Shown: piece by piece, positions 1-12,989 of the stretch
Layout: the number at the start of each line of letters is the position of its first letter
How positions within the stretch are numbered: position 1 is the stretch's first letter
Source of the DNA: Pristiophorus japonicus
Lineage: Eukaryota
NCBI RefSeq assembly: GCF_044704955.1
Contig: NC_091997.1
Coordinates: forward strand, 62,434,001-62,498,000
Direction of reading: 5' to 3'
DNA: 64,000 bases
Translations under genes and position numbers: made by a program
Notes under the pieces: generated by a model
Told to the model about the DNA's origin: nothing
Seen by the model: only the letters and a program-made list of their open reading frames with translations
The model's database searches: none

Positions 1-635
1 CTGATTCTCACTGGGGTACGGGTCCCATACACACTGACTCTCACTGGGGTACAGTCCCACACAAGCACTGACTCTCACTGGGGTACGGGTCCCACACACA
101 CTGACTCTCACTGGGGTACGGGTCCCACACACACTGACTCTCACTGGGGTACCGGTCCCACACACACTGACTCTCACTGGGGTACAGTCCCACACACACT
201 GACTCTCACTGGGTTACGGGTCCCACACACACTGACTCTCACTGGGTTACGGGTCCCACACACACTGACTCTCACTGGGGTACGGGTCCCACACACACTG
301 ACTCTCACTGGGGTACAGTCCCACACACACTGACTCTCACTGGGGTACGGGTCCCACACACACTGACTCTCACTGGGGTAGGGGTCCCACACACAATGAC
401 TCTCACTGGGGTACGGGTCCCACACACACTGACTCTCACTGGGGTACAGTCGCACACACACTGACTCTCACTGGGGTACGGGTCCCACACACACTGACTC
501 TCACTGGGGTACAGTCCCACACACACTAACTCTCACTGGGGTACGGATCCCACACACACTGACTCTCACTGGGGTACGGGTCCCACACACACTGACTCTC
601 ACTGGCGTACAGTCCCACACACACTGACTCTCACT
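1..635. repeat. 33/32-bp GC-rich minisatellite (satellite A), array 1, truncated by the window edge
   Basis: Tandem unit ACTGGGGTACGGGTCCCACACACACTGACTCTC with a 32-bp ACAGTC variant, read directly; lies in an APBA2 intron. Confidence 0.97.
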
Positions 636-962
636 GTGCCCATGGCCATTCTGATGTGTGAGCGAAGATGGTGAGTGTTGGCAGGATATTCTATACTTGG
701 AAGCATTTCAACCAAGCCTGGCATTTCAGGAGTCGCTGGATAGCGATCAGGAGCAGGAATCCTGGCTGATCTTACCCTTTCTTACCCAGTGTGCTGGAAC
801 CAATTCTGGCACCCCAACCAGCGCTCCTCCCCAACACATTCCAGCTGTTTCTGCACAGACTGAGCCCTTCCCAATCCGCTGGCTCTGTGACACCGGATGG
901 TGCTCTGAGCCATCGGCATTGCATTAACAACTAAAGATCACAACAAAAGGAGCCGAACTCAC

Positions 963-1043
963 CTCGGCAACATAGTTATTGTTGAGCGGGCCATTGAGGT
1001 CGGAGCGCTGCTGTTTCCGTGGCTGCTCCGTGTCGGGAGCGAC
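963..1043 (-). CDS. APBA2: APBA2 coding exon 2 (81 bp, VAPDTEQPRKQQRSDLNGPLNNNYVAE)
   Basis: Minus-strand ttgacAG acceptor and GAG|GTGAGT donor, phase 0/0; matches the recalled vertebrate APBA2 segment LEQPRKQQRSDLNGPVDNNN; not in the ORF track. Confidence 0.92.
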
Positions 1044-1161
1044 CTGTCAACATACCAAAGAAACGCCTCTTTACAGCCAGTACTTCCGTACATTCATCTC
1101 TCCTCTCTATCTCACCTTCCATCCAGCCATCTATGTGACCATACATTTATATATCTGGATA

Positions 1162-2335
1162 TTTAGATACAGAGTAAAGCTCCCTCTGCACTGCCCCATC
1201 AAACACTCCCAGGGCAGGTACAGGGGGTTAGATACAGAGTAAAGCTCCCTCTACACTGTCCCATCAAACACTCCCAGGGCAGGTACAGGGGGTTAGATAC
1301 AGAGTAAAGCTCCCTCAACACTGTCCCATCAAACACTCCCAGGGCAGGTACAGGGGGTTAGATACAGAGTAAAGCTCCCTCTACACTGTCCCATCAAACA
1401 CTCCCAGGGCAGGTACTGGGGGTTAGATACAGAGTAAAGCTCCCTCTACACTGTCCCATCAAACACTCCCAGGGCAGGTACAGCACGGGGTTAGATACAG
1501 AGTAAAGCTCCCTCTACACTGTCCCATCAAACACTCCCAGGGCAGGTACAGCACGGGGTTAGATACAGAGTAAAGCTCCCTCTACACTGTCCCATCAAAC
1601 ACTCCCAGGGCAGGTACAGCACGGGGTTAGATACAGAGTAAAGCTCCCTCTACACTGCCCCATCAAACACTCCCAGGGCAGGTACAGCACGGAGTTAGAT
1701 ACAGAGTAAAGCTCCCTCTACACTGTCCCATCAAACACTCCCAGGGCAGGTACACCACGGGGTTAGATACAGAGTAAAGCTCCCTCTACACTGTCCCATC
1801 AAACACTCCCAGGGCAGGTACAGCACGGGGTTAGATACAGAGTAAAGCTCCCTCTACACTGTCCCATCAAACACTCCCAGGGCAGGTACAGCACGGAGTT
1901 AGATACAGAGTAAAGCTCCCTCTACACTGCCCCATCAAACACTCCCAGGGCAGGTACAGCACGGAGTTAGATACAGAGTAAAGCTCCCTCTACACTGTCC
2001 CATCAAACACTCCCAGGGCAGGTACACCACGGGGTTAGATACAGAGTAAAGCTCCCTCTACACTGTCCCATCAAACACTCCCAGGGCAGGTACAGCACGG
2101 GGTTAGATACAGAGTAAAGCTCCCTCTACACTGTCCCATCAAACACTCCCAGGGCAGGTACAGGGGGTTAGATACAGAGTAAAGCTCCCTCTACACTGTC
2201 CCATCAAACACTCCCAGGGCAGGTACAGCACGGGGTTAGATACAGAGTAAAGCTCCCTCTACACTGTCCCATCAAACACTCCCAGGGCAGGTACAGCACG
2301 GGGTTAGATACAGAGTAAAGCTCCCTCTACACTGC
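1162..2335. repeat. 65/68-bp tandem satellite (satellite B), about 17 units
   Basis: Unit TTAGATACAGAGTAAAGCTCCCTCTACACTGTCCCATCAAACACTCCCAGGGCAGGTACAGCACGGGG; a short copy recurs at 54745-54905. Confidence 0.97.
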
Positions 2336-2545
2336 CTTTCTACGTTGCTCTGTCGCTATGAGAAGACTGCCCCTACTGAGCCAGCCATCCTGTGGCCCCT
2401 TGAATAGAGGCTGTAAGCTCAGTGCTATTATTGGAACAGTCTTGTGCTAAAATCAGCAGATCTGGGTCAGACCTGGGGCTCCCCTCGCAGAGTTGAAGAG
2501 GGGGGCAGAGGTGGGGATTAACGGAAAGTGAGTGCAGTGCTGAGA

Positions 2546-2978
2546 CCACCAAGGGACGCATTTGCACTGTTTATTTTAGAAAGTGAATTGTACTGAACTA
2601 TCCTGTGCGATCTCGAGCTGTACGTGTTTCTGTTTGTTAGAGGTACCCTGGGAGCAGCCATTTGGCCTGAATGGGGCCAGGGAATTGTGCAAACACATCT
2701 GACTGGGTAAAGCGGCAACACCAAGAGACGGGGGGACGAAGGGAGGGAGAGACGGAAAAGCGAAGAGCGAGTGAGAGACGAAGGGAGGGTGGAATGGAGT
2801 GAATGTTGCGTTATGTTGCCTCTTTACCCAGTCAGATGTGTTTGCACAATTCCCTGGCCCCATTCAGGCCAAATGGCTGCTCCCAGGGTACCTCTAACAA
2901 ACAGAAACGCGTACAGCTCGAGATCGCACAGTACAATTCACTTTCTAAAATAAACGGTGGAAATGAGTCCCTTGGTGG
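2546..2978. repeat. Long inverted repeat (arms 2546-2720 and 2814-2978, 93-bp purine-rich spacer); possible MITE or foldback element
   Basis: Arms are reverse complements with a few substitutions and one ~10-bp indel; mirrored ORF translations 2518..2724(-) and 2771..2953(+) confirm it. Confidence 0.92.
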
Positions 2979-3469
2979 GGTTTAGGGGAACCCATTAACC
3001 TTTGCTGCCCCTCTAAATGTTGCGGTGTATGGGAGGAGTGTGTAGAATGTTAATTATGTTACAGATTTATAAATATTAGAGATATTAAATATCTGTCCTT
3101 ATTTCAAAAATCTATTTCTACCATTGATTTGCTGAACTGTTAAAACTCACTCAAGTGTGCAACTTCCAACTTAATATATTAAGGAAATTAAATTAAATCA
3201 TTTTGTATCCAGAAAAATAATTATAAAAAGACATGAGAAAACTCATTGTCTCATTTAAATCCATCACTGGTGGAGCTGTGGCACCATGGAAACCTCAGAG
3301 ACCTGTGAGTCTGGTTCCTGCCCCCAGCTAACAGCAGCTTTCAGTGTGACTGTGCCTGGTGTACTGTGACACCCAGCCCCACGTCACAGGGCAGTGACAG
3401 AACAACATCAACTCTCCATCCCTGGTCACTGCCGGCTTTACCGCAATTCAACAGCCAGGGTTCCTGCTC

Positions 3470-4005
3470 CTGACCCACTGCCCCCTGGGTTAGGGGGGGG
3501 GGTTACTGACCCACTGCCCCCTGGGTTAGGGGGAGGGGGTTACTGACCCACTGCCCCCTGGGTTAGGGGGAGGGGGTTACTGACCCACTGCCCCCTGGGT
3601 TAGGGGGGGGGGGGTTACTGACCCACTGCCCCCTGGGTTAGGGGGGGGGGGGTTACTGACCCACTGCCCCCTGGGTTGGGGGGTGGTTACTGATACAGTG
3701 CCCTCTGGGTTGGGTGGGGGGGGGGGGGGTTCATGACCCCATGCTCCCTGGGTTGGGGGGGTCAAATCCCAGTGCCCCCTGGGTTAGGGGGGGGGGTCCT
3801 GACCCAACGCCCCCTGTGTTGGAGGGGGTTCCTGACCTCATTTCCCCTGGGTTGTGGGGGTGGGGGGGGTGTTCCTGATCCAACACCCCCTGTGTTGGGG
3901 GGGGGGGGTTCCTATCTCCATTCCCCCTGGGTTGGGGGGGGGGGGGTTACTGACCCAGTGCCCCCTGGGTTAGGAGAGGGGGGGGGGGGTCCTGACCCCA
4001 TGTCC
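3470..4005. repeat. ~30-bp G-rich minisatellite containing GGGTTAGGG, embedded in an old interspersed repeat
   Basis: Unit GACCCACTGCCCCCTGGGTTAGGGG(G)nTTACT, degenerating rightward. Confidence 0.9.
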
Positions 4006-4257
4006 CCTGCTATGTGTGTGGATGTGGATGTGGAGTGAAGCATAGGATCAAGCCCTCCACAGTTGAATAGCCTGCCAACACTCAGTGTCACGGTTCATGC
4101 TGGACGAATGGCCATTTGAGCGAGGTACCAGAGGGTGAAGGGCAGCTCCTGGGGAATGCCAGAATAAACCAGCCTCTTCAGGAGAGTTGGAGAAAGAACT
4201 GGGAAGGAAGGAAAATGGTCTTCAGATTGTGAGCAAGTGCCAATTGGCGAAGCCTAC

Positions 4258-5142
4258 CTGCCCAGAGTTCCACTGCTTGTGTTCCTCAGTGGCCCTCGGT
4301 CCCGGCTTTTCACTGACAGGAGCCTGTCCCCTTTCCCCATCGCTGGGTGAGGACTGGCACAGTCTGGGCTGGTCCTCCCCTTTCCCAGGACAGGTGGCCG
4401 TGTCTCTGTCTGACTTGCCGCTCCCAGCCTGGTCCGGGCTCTGCTCTCCGACACTGTTCAAGCTGCTCATACTCATGCTCATTTTGATTTCAGCTACGAT
4501 CTGATCGATGTCCTCCTCCACATCCTCTGCGTCAGCCTCCGATTTACCGCAGTGGTGCTGGGACATCTGAGGGGTCTGGGCAACGGGCTCAGAGGGAGAA
4601 TAATCCCGAGGGGTCCCTTCACTGCTTCCGATTCCTTCACTACTCATCTCGGCCTGGACTGCAGCACAGTCTGAGTCCTCGAGTCCATCCTCAGGTCCAT
4701 CACACCCAGGGACGTCAGACTCTTCAGTCATAGTGTGGTAGAGCCCGTTAGATTCTGCCCAGGCCTCTTCCACAGCTTCCTGGCAGTCATCAGCCTCCGC
4801 TGTGGGGATTTCCCGGGTCCCATAGTACCCGCCGCTGCATCCGATGTCTTCCAAGTAACTGTCTTCCTCGGGACAGTACCTGATGTAATAGGTCACACCT
4901 TCCTCCTCCTCAGGCAGGCCTTCATCGTAGTCTTCGTCTTCCTCCGACGTGTTGTTCACGTAGTCCGAGCTCGAGTCCCCATCCCCCGGGTTGTCATGGG
5001 GAGCGGTATCCACGGAGACAGGACAGGGCTCCCTGCCTTCCTCCTGCCAATCTGCAGAGGCCTGGTGTTTGGGGTGGTCCTGGCGATGAGCGGGGGAGGA
5101 GCAAGGACTGGCCCCGGGATCTCGCGGGCAGCTCGCCATCAT
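4258..5142 (-). CDS. APBA2: APBA2 (amyloid-beta precursor protein-binding family A member 2, Mint2/X11-beta) first coding exon, acidic N-terminus
   Basis: Peptides SSSDYVNNTSEEDEDYDEGLPEEEEGVTYYIRYCPEEDSYLE and EEDIDQIVAEIKMSMS match recalled APBA2; acceptor ttgccAG places the exon start at 5206; ATG ATG GCG at 5142/5139; donor CAG|GTAGGC after 4258 (phase 0, compatible with exon 963-1043). Confidence 0.93.
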
Positions 5143-5356
5143 CACCAGTGCCAGTCTGTTCTGATCACCGGCACCTCACGTTCCAGTTGCAGCACACACA
5201 GCCAACCTGGCAACAAGAGCAGGGCATCAGTGCACAACAAGAACCTGCATTCATATAGCCTTTAATATAGCAAAATGATTAGGGGTCAAGTGGGGAGAGA
5301 AACACCAGCAAGCCCTTCACAGCGCAGGTCATTCTGCTCACGATCGGGCAATAATC

Positions 5357-8152
5357 CTGACTCTCACTGGGGTACGGGTCCCACACACACTGACTCTCAC
5401 TGGGGTACAGGTCCCACACTACACTGACTCTCACTGGGGTATGGGTCCCACACACACTGACTCTCACTGGGGTATGGGTCCCACACACACTGACTCTCAC
5501 TGGGGTACGGGACCCACACACACCGACTCTCACTGGGGTACAGTCCCACACACACTGACTCTCACTGGGGTATGGGTCCCACAAACACTGACTCTCACTG
5601 GGGTACAGGACCCACACACACACTGACTCTCACTGGGGTACAGGACCCACACACACACTGACTCTCACTGGGGTACAGTCCCACACATACTGACTCTCAC
5701 TGGGGTATGGGTCCCACACACACTAACTCTCATTGGGGTACAGGTCCCACACACACTGACTCTCACTGGGGTACGGGTCCCACACACACTGACTCTCACT
5801 GGGGTACGGGTCCCACACACACTGACTCTCACTGGGGTACAGGTCCCACACACACTGACTCTCACTGGGGTACGGGTCCCACACACACTGACTCTCACTG
5901 GGGTACGGGTCCCACACACACTGACTCTCACTGGGGTACGGGTCCCACACACACTGACTCTCACTGGGGTACAGGTCCCACACACACTGACTCTCACTGG
6001 GGTACAGGTCCCACACACACTGACTCTCACTGGGGTACGGGTCCCACACACACTGACTCTCACTGGGGTACGGGTCCCACACACACTGACTCTCACTGGG
6101 GTACAGGTCCCACACACACTGACTCTCACTGGGGTATGGGTCCCACACACACTGACTCGCACTGGGGTACGGGTCCCACACACACCGACTCTCACTGGGT
6201 TACGGGTCCCATACACACTGACTCTCACTGGGGTATGGGTCCCACACACACTGACTCTCACTGGGGTATGGGTCCCACACACACTGACTCTCATTGGGGT
6301 ACGGGTCCCACACACACTGACTCTCACTGGGGTACGGGTCCCACACACACTGACTCTCACCGGGGTACAGGTCCCACACACACTGACTCTCACTGGGGTA
6401 TGGGTCCCACACACACTGACTCTCACTGGGGTATGGGTCCCACACACACTGACTCTCACTGGGGTACGGGTCCCACACACACCGACTCTCACTGGGTTAC
6501 GGGTCCCATACACACTGACACTCACTGGCGTATGGGTCCCACACACACTGACTCTCATTGGGGTACGGGTCCCACACACACTGACTCTCACTGGGGTACG
6601 GGTCCCACACACACTGACTCTCACCGGGGTACAGGTCCCACACACACTGACTCTCACTGGGGTACAGTCCCACACACACTGACTCTCACTGGGGTACTGG
6701 TCCCACACACACTGACTCTCACCGGGGTACAGTCCCACACACACTGACTCTCACTGGGGTACGGGTCCCATACACACACTGACTCTCACTGGGGTACAGT
6801 CCCACACACACTGACTCTCACTGGGGTACAGTCCCACACACACTGACTCTCACTGGGGTACAGTCTCCCACACACTGACTCTCACTGGGGTACGGGTCCC
6901 ACACACACTGACTCTCACTGGGGTACAGGTCCCACACACACTGACTCTCACTGGGGTACAGGTCCCACACACACTGACTCTCACTGGGGTACGGGTCCCA
7001 CACACACTGACTCTCACTGGGGTACGGGTCCCACACACACTGACTCTCACTGGGGTACAGGTCCCACACACACTGACTCTCACTGGGGTATGGGTCCCAC
7101 ACACACTGACTCTCATTGGGGTACGGGTCCCACACACACTGACTCTCACTGGGGTACGGGTCCCACACACACTGACTCTCACCGGGGTACAGGTCCCACA
7201 CACACTGACTCTCACTGGGGTATGGGTCCCACACACACTGACTCTCACTGGGGTATGGGTCCCACACACACTGACTCTCACTGGGGTACGGGTCCCACAC
7301 ACACCGACTCTCACTGGGTTACGGGTCCCATACACACTGACACTCACTGGCGTATGGGTCCCACACACACTGACTCTCATTGGGGTACGGGTCCCACACA
7401 CACTGACTCTCACTGGGGTACGGGTCCCACACACACTGACTCTCACCGGGGTACAGGTCCCACACACACTGACTCTCACTGGGGTACAGTCCCACACACA
7501 CTGACTCTCACTGGGGTACTGGTCCCACACACACACTGACTCTCACCGGGGTACAGTCCCACACACACTGACTCTCACTGGGGTACGGGTCCCATACACA
7601 CACTGACTCTCACTGGGGTACAGTCCCACACACACTGACTCTCACTGGGGTACAGTCCCACACACACTGACTCTCACTGGGGTACAGTCTCCCACACACT
7701 GACTCTCACTGGGGTACAGGTCCCACACACACTGACTCTCACCGGGGTACAGGTCCCACACACACTGACTCTCACTGGGGTACAGTCCCACACACACTGA
7801 CTCTCACTGGGGTACAGTCCCACACACACTGACTCTCACTGGGATATGGGTCCCACACACACTGACTCTCAACGGGGTACAGGTCCCACACACACTGACT
7901 CTCACTGGGGTATGGGTCCCACACACACTGACTCTCACTGGGGTATGGGTCCCACACACACTGACTCTCACTGGGGTACGGGTCCCACACACACTGACTC
8001 TCACTGGGGTATGGGTCCCACACACACTGACTCTCACTGGGGTACGGGTCCCACACACACTGACTCTCACTGGGGTTTGGGTCCCACACACACTGACTCT
8101 CACTGGGGTACAGGTTCCACACACACTGACTCTCACTGGGGTACGGGTCCAC
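5357..8152. repeat. 33/32-bp minisatellite (satellite A), array 2
   Basis: Same unit as 1-635; produces spurious (GTGPTHTDSHW)n and (CGTRTPVRVSV)n ORFs. Confidence 0.97.
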
Positions 8153-8939
8153 AGGCATCCTGTCCTTATCTGAGAACCCAGTCGGAAGGCTCTGGATGTA
8201 CAGGAGGGGGAGACCTGACCAATCTCTGCCGAGTGGATCTGATGCATATTAAACGTTCCCACTGTTGCTGCACCTGACAGCACAAACCACAAAAAAAGGA
8301 TATTTTCTCCTAAAAACACTGTCCTTGAACCGGACTTTAAAGGAAATAATTCCGAATTCTTCAATGTCCGATTCTGATGTAACAGCAGGACAGGAGACAC
8401 GGCCTTGAACGTGATTCTCAAATTCTCGGTAATGTTTACTCCTGTCAGTCACAAACCTCGATGCGTTGCACCTTTCTCTAGCCTGGGGCAGTGTTTACTT
8501 GGTCCCTCAAGGGCGGAGGCTCAAGCTCCAGCCCTGGTTTTTGCTTAGATCAGCCCTCATTTTAAATTCCTTTCATCTGTTGTAAAATCAATTCCTTTCC
8601 AACAAATCCCCTCTGTCCTTACTTTCTGATTCTGTTTATTCCATTCACGATCCATCACTGTGTGAGGGTGGGTTGGAAACCTTGGGTCTCTTGTCAGCAG
8701 GCTGCACTCCCAGCCCTGCATTGGCTGCTGGGATCACTTGTACTCTCTTAACCCGACAAAGATCCTCACACACATTAAACTGGTGTCAGTGTGTACGCAC
8801 CCTCCACAGCGAGTCTCTCTCAACACCGCCCGGCACCGGATTCACTGAGCCTCAAACACCCGCCTGTATTTCAGACACACCAGCTTGAGCAGCCACTGCC
8901 CTTCCACAGTCACTTTCCTCCCTCCGCACCCGAGAGTGC

Positions 8940-10097
8940 CGACTCTCACTGTGGTACTGGACCCACACACACTGACTCTCACTGGGGTATGGGTCCCACA
9001 CACACTGACTCTCACTGGGGTACTGGTCCCACACACACTGACTCTCACTGGAGTATGGGTCCCACACACACTGACTCGCACTGGGGTACGGGTCCCACAC
9101 ACACTGACTCGCACTGGGGTACGGGTCCCACACACACTGACTCTCACTGGAGTATGGGTCCCACACACACTGACTCTCACTGGGGTACGGGTCCCACACA
9201 CACTGACTCTCACTGGGGTACAGTCCCACACACACTGACTCTCACTGGGGTACGGGTCCCACACACACTAACTCTCACTGGGGTATGGGTCCCACACACA
9301 CTGACTCTCACTGGGGTACAGTCCCATACACACTGACTCTCACTGGGGTACGGGTCCCACACACACTGACTCTCACTGGGTATGGATCCCACACACAGCG
9401 ACTCTCACTGGGGTACGGGTCCCACACACATTGATCTCACTGGGGTACAGCCCCACACACACTGACTCTCACTGGGGTACAGTCCCACACACACTGACTC
9501 TCACTGGGGTACAGTCCCACACACATTGACTCTCACTGGGGTACGGGTCCCACACACACTGACTCTCACTGGGTATGGGTCCCACACACAGCGACTCTCA
9601 CTGGGGTACGGGTCCCACACACACTGACTCTCACTGGGGTACGGGTCCCACACACACTGACTCTCACTGGGGTACGGGTCCCACACACACTGACTCTCAC
9701 TGGGTATGGATCCCACACAGCGACTCTCACTGGGGTACGGGTCCCACACACATTGATCTCACTGGGGTACAGCCCCACACACACTGACTCTCACTGGGGT
9801 ACAGTCCCACACACACTGACTCTCACTGGGGTACAGTCCCACACACATTGACTCTCACTGGGGTACGGGTCCCACACACACTGACTCTCACTGGGGTACG
9901 GGTCCCATACACACTGACTCTCACTGGGGTACAGTCCCACACACACTGACTCTCACTGGGGTACAGTCCCACACACATTGACTCTCACTGGGGTACGGGT
10001 CCCACACACACTGACTCTCACCGGGGTACAGGTCCCACACACACTGACTCTCACCGGGGTACGGGTCCCACACACACTGACTCTCACTGGGATACGG
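8940..10097. repeat. 33/32-bp minisatellite (satellite A), array 3
   Basis: Same unit as arrays 1 and 2. Confidence 0.97.
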
Positions 10098-10199
10098 GGC
10101 TTGTGGCCTGGGGGCTGAGGGCCACGTTTACTAATTATAGCCAGGACACGGGTAGGTGTCGAGAAATTGCCATGTGAGGCAACTAAGGGAAGGAAGAGA

Positions 10200-10775
10200 T
10201 AATCTCCTTCAGTGGTGTGGTTTGAGGGATGAATATTGGTCAGGACACCAGGGAGAACTCGCCTCCTCTTCATCAAAACAGTGCCATGGGACCTTTTACA
10301 TCCACCTGATATAGCAGACGCGGCCTTGGATTAACGTCTCATCCGAAAGACGGCACCTCCAGCAGTGCAACACTCTCTCAGTGCTGCCCCTCCGACAGTG
10401 AAGCACTCCCTCAGTACCGTCCCTCCGACAGTGAAGCACTCCCTCAGTACCGCCCCTCCGACAGTGAAGTACTCCCTCAGTACTGCCCCTCCGACAGTGA
10501 AGCACTCCCTCAGTACTGCCCTTCCGACAGTGCGGCGCTCCCTCAGCACTGCTCCTCCGACAGTGCGGCGCTCCCTCAGTACTGCCCCTCCGATAGTGAA
10601 GCACTTCCTCAGTACCGCCCCTCCGACAGTGATGCACTCCCTCAGTACCACCCCTCCGACAGTGAAGCACTCCCTCAGCACTGACCCTCCGACAGTGCGG
10701 CGCTCCCTCGGTACTGCCCCTCCAACAGTGCGGCGTTCCCTCAGTACTGCACTGGAGTGTCGGCCTAGATTTTGT
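10200..10775 (-). mobile_element. Deu-domain SINE (SacSINE1/AmnSINE1-like), partial, with internal 30-bp minisatellite (10362-10750)
   Basis: Minus strand GGAGGTGCCGTCTTTCGGATGAGACGTTAA...GATGTAAAAGGTCCCATGGCACTG resembles the recalled Deu domain; collinear with the copy at 21670-22130. Confidence 0.8.
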
Positions 10776-12574
10776 GTAAGGATGGGGGAAGGGAGACATT
10801 CTCGATGCGGCATTGTTCTGTGGCCATCGCCAAGGTTCTGTATAATTCTGGGTGCCTGAAATAATGACTATGCAACCCAGCTGGTCACTATGGAAACAGA
10901 AACATGGCATTGATCTGACTATTGTACAGTCCACAGCCCCTCACCGAATCTCACACTGCCTCCATTTTCAGCCTGTGTGTACTCTCGGCAAATGTTGTGA
11001 CAATGGATGGACGGGACTGTCGGCTGCAGCTAATTGTGGACTGAGGGTCCCGACAATTCCCCCGTGACTGGGACCAGAGCTACTGCTCAGTGTGAAAGGA
11101 CAATCAAAGCACAATACCTGCTGCTTGCGACATCCATCAGCCTCGTTAACTCACACACACAATGTCCCACAAAAAAGCCCTTCTCCGTCGCCTCTTCCCG
11201 AATGGCTGGGAGTCTGGCTGCTGACGAGAAATTATCGCCCGGGAGGGAGTATTTCCTCCTGGACTGAGGGAGATCCTGGGTGGGTCGGTCCCGATTCCCC
11301 GGCAATAACAGACATTCCACGGGAGCCAGCAAGATCTGCAGCTGGGCCCAAATGGGAGCCGGCATAAATAATTCATGGCCCTCGCTCTCAAACCAATTTC
11401 ATGATAAGCAGTTGTGCAAGGATTTCATTGTCAGTCTCTAACTGGGCTTTATTTTAACACTCAGAGATTGAAGAAATCTGACAGTTCACCGACATCCCTG
11501 AAACTGTAGGAGCAACACATTCGATTTATTTCAAACCCCAACCCGAACCCCACTGCTCTCCTACAGTCACCGACAGATTTCCTGCGTTTATGGCTTTTCT
11601 CTTAATCCCATTATTAAGAAGATGCCTTAATATTAATCTGAATTACATACATGGTGCTGACAGTACAGATAATGGGAGGGGTCCCAGACACAATACAGAC
11701 CCTGTCTGATGGAGCGATGGTTAGTGAGCAGTAATGAGCATCAGCACAGAGGCGCACGGGATGGGGGCCGGGGAGCGGAGATGCCGGTCAGGGAAGGGGG
11801 ATCCCGGAGAGTGGAGCAGGATGGGGGGAGTGGGCGGGGGAGCAGGGAGAGGTGAAGTGGGATGGCTTTAATGCAAAATAGGTCACTCAGGCTCCAGAGT
11901 GGGGGCTGAGGGGGGTTTGAGCAAAGTTGCAGGTGCAGGACGGGTCTCGCTAGATGGGAGTTTGGGCTGTGGCGTTCTAGCTCTGTCTCTGGCCCCTGCG
12001 CCCATCCAGAGAGGCTCCTTGTGGGTGCATGCCTTTGCAATATCAACCCTTTCATCTAAAATATAACCCCTCTAGTTAAAGGGGCACATTTGTCATGGAA
12101 ATGCATTTGGCAAGTTTTTAGAAAGGGATGAGGAGTCAAAAGGCCTCTTCATCATGTGCTCTAACTTCAGGAGATAATCATCACCCATTGCTAATCAGAG
12201 ACACTTCCCCTTTAACCGCTCAGCCTCACTGTAACATTATCACAAAATCATAAATTGAACAGAATTTCAGAGAATTTTAAGCTTTATCCAGATTACGGAC
12301 TAAAAATACCAGAGACATTTGGAGTGTGCGGATTGCAGGCTGTGCCAGCGCTGATCCCAGTATTGCAGCAACGGTGCAGCAGTGACAGGGCCAAGCAATT
12401 GAATTCGGGGAGGCTCATCTCCTCCCCTCTCTGCTCCAACCTTACTGTTGCTGGTTTATTGATGCTACTATGCTCCATGATCCTCTCAATGTTCCTAATA
12501 CTCTGTCCTATGTGCTCCCTCCTCCCTGTATCTTTACTGTTCAAATCAATACAAGATAGTCACCAAAAAATCCA

Positions 12575-12810
12575 ATAGGGAATTCAGAAGAAACTTCTTT
12601 ACCCAGAGAGTGGTGAGAATGTGGAACTCATGGTGAAATGATTAGCATAGATGCATTTAAGGGAGGCTGGATAAACACGAGGGAGAAGGGAACAGAAGGT
12701 TACGCTGATAGTTAGATGTGGAAAAACAGGAGGAGGCTCGAATGAAGCATAAATGCTGGCGTGGACTGGTTGGGCCGAATGGCCTGTTTCTATGCCGAAT
12801 ATCCCGTGTA
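12575..12810 (+). mobile_element. CR1 LINE 3' fragment
   Basis: RRNFFTQRVVRMWNS-coding segment followed by the GGGCCGAATGGCCTGTTTC tail. Confidence 0.75.
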
Positions 12811-12989
12811 GTACAATAGTACTGGCACCACCTCCTCCTCAAATCAATACCTCAGAAAGGAGAGCTCCGCCATCAGACTTCCCTTCCGCCTGCAATCTAC
12901 CCAGGAGTGGTGTCATTCTTCACCTCTGTTCCAATCTTAGTGTAGCCCTGCAGTGTGAGCTTTGAACCTTCACCTGGGTCACAGTAATA

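Noticed and set aside
1162-2335. CRISPR-like appearance of regular repeats (also 26040-26625)
   Set aside because: Head-to-tail units with no unique spacers, no cas genes, eukaryotic intronic context
4735-5265. 176-aa plus-strand ORF
   Set aside because: Antisense shadow of the APBA2 coding exon
5665-7539. Long repetitive ORFs (GTGPTHTDSHW)n, (CGTRTPVRVSV)n and (WDPYPSESQCV)n
   Set aside because: By-products of a 33-bp satellite open in several frames on both strands; 32-bp units shift the frame freely
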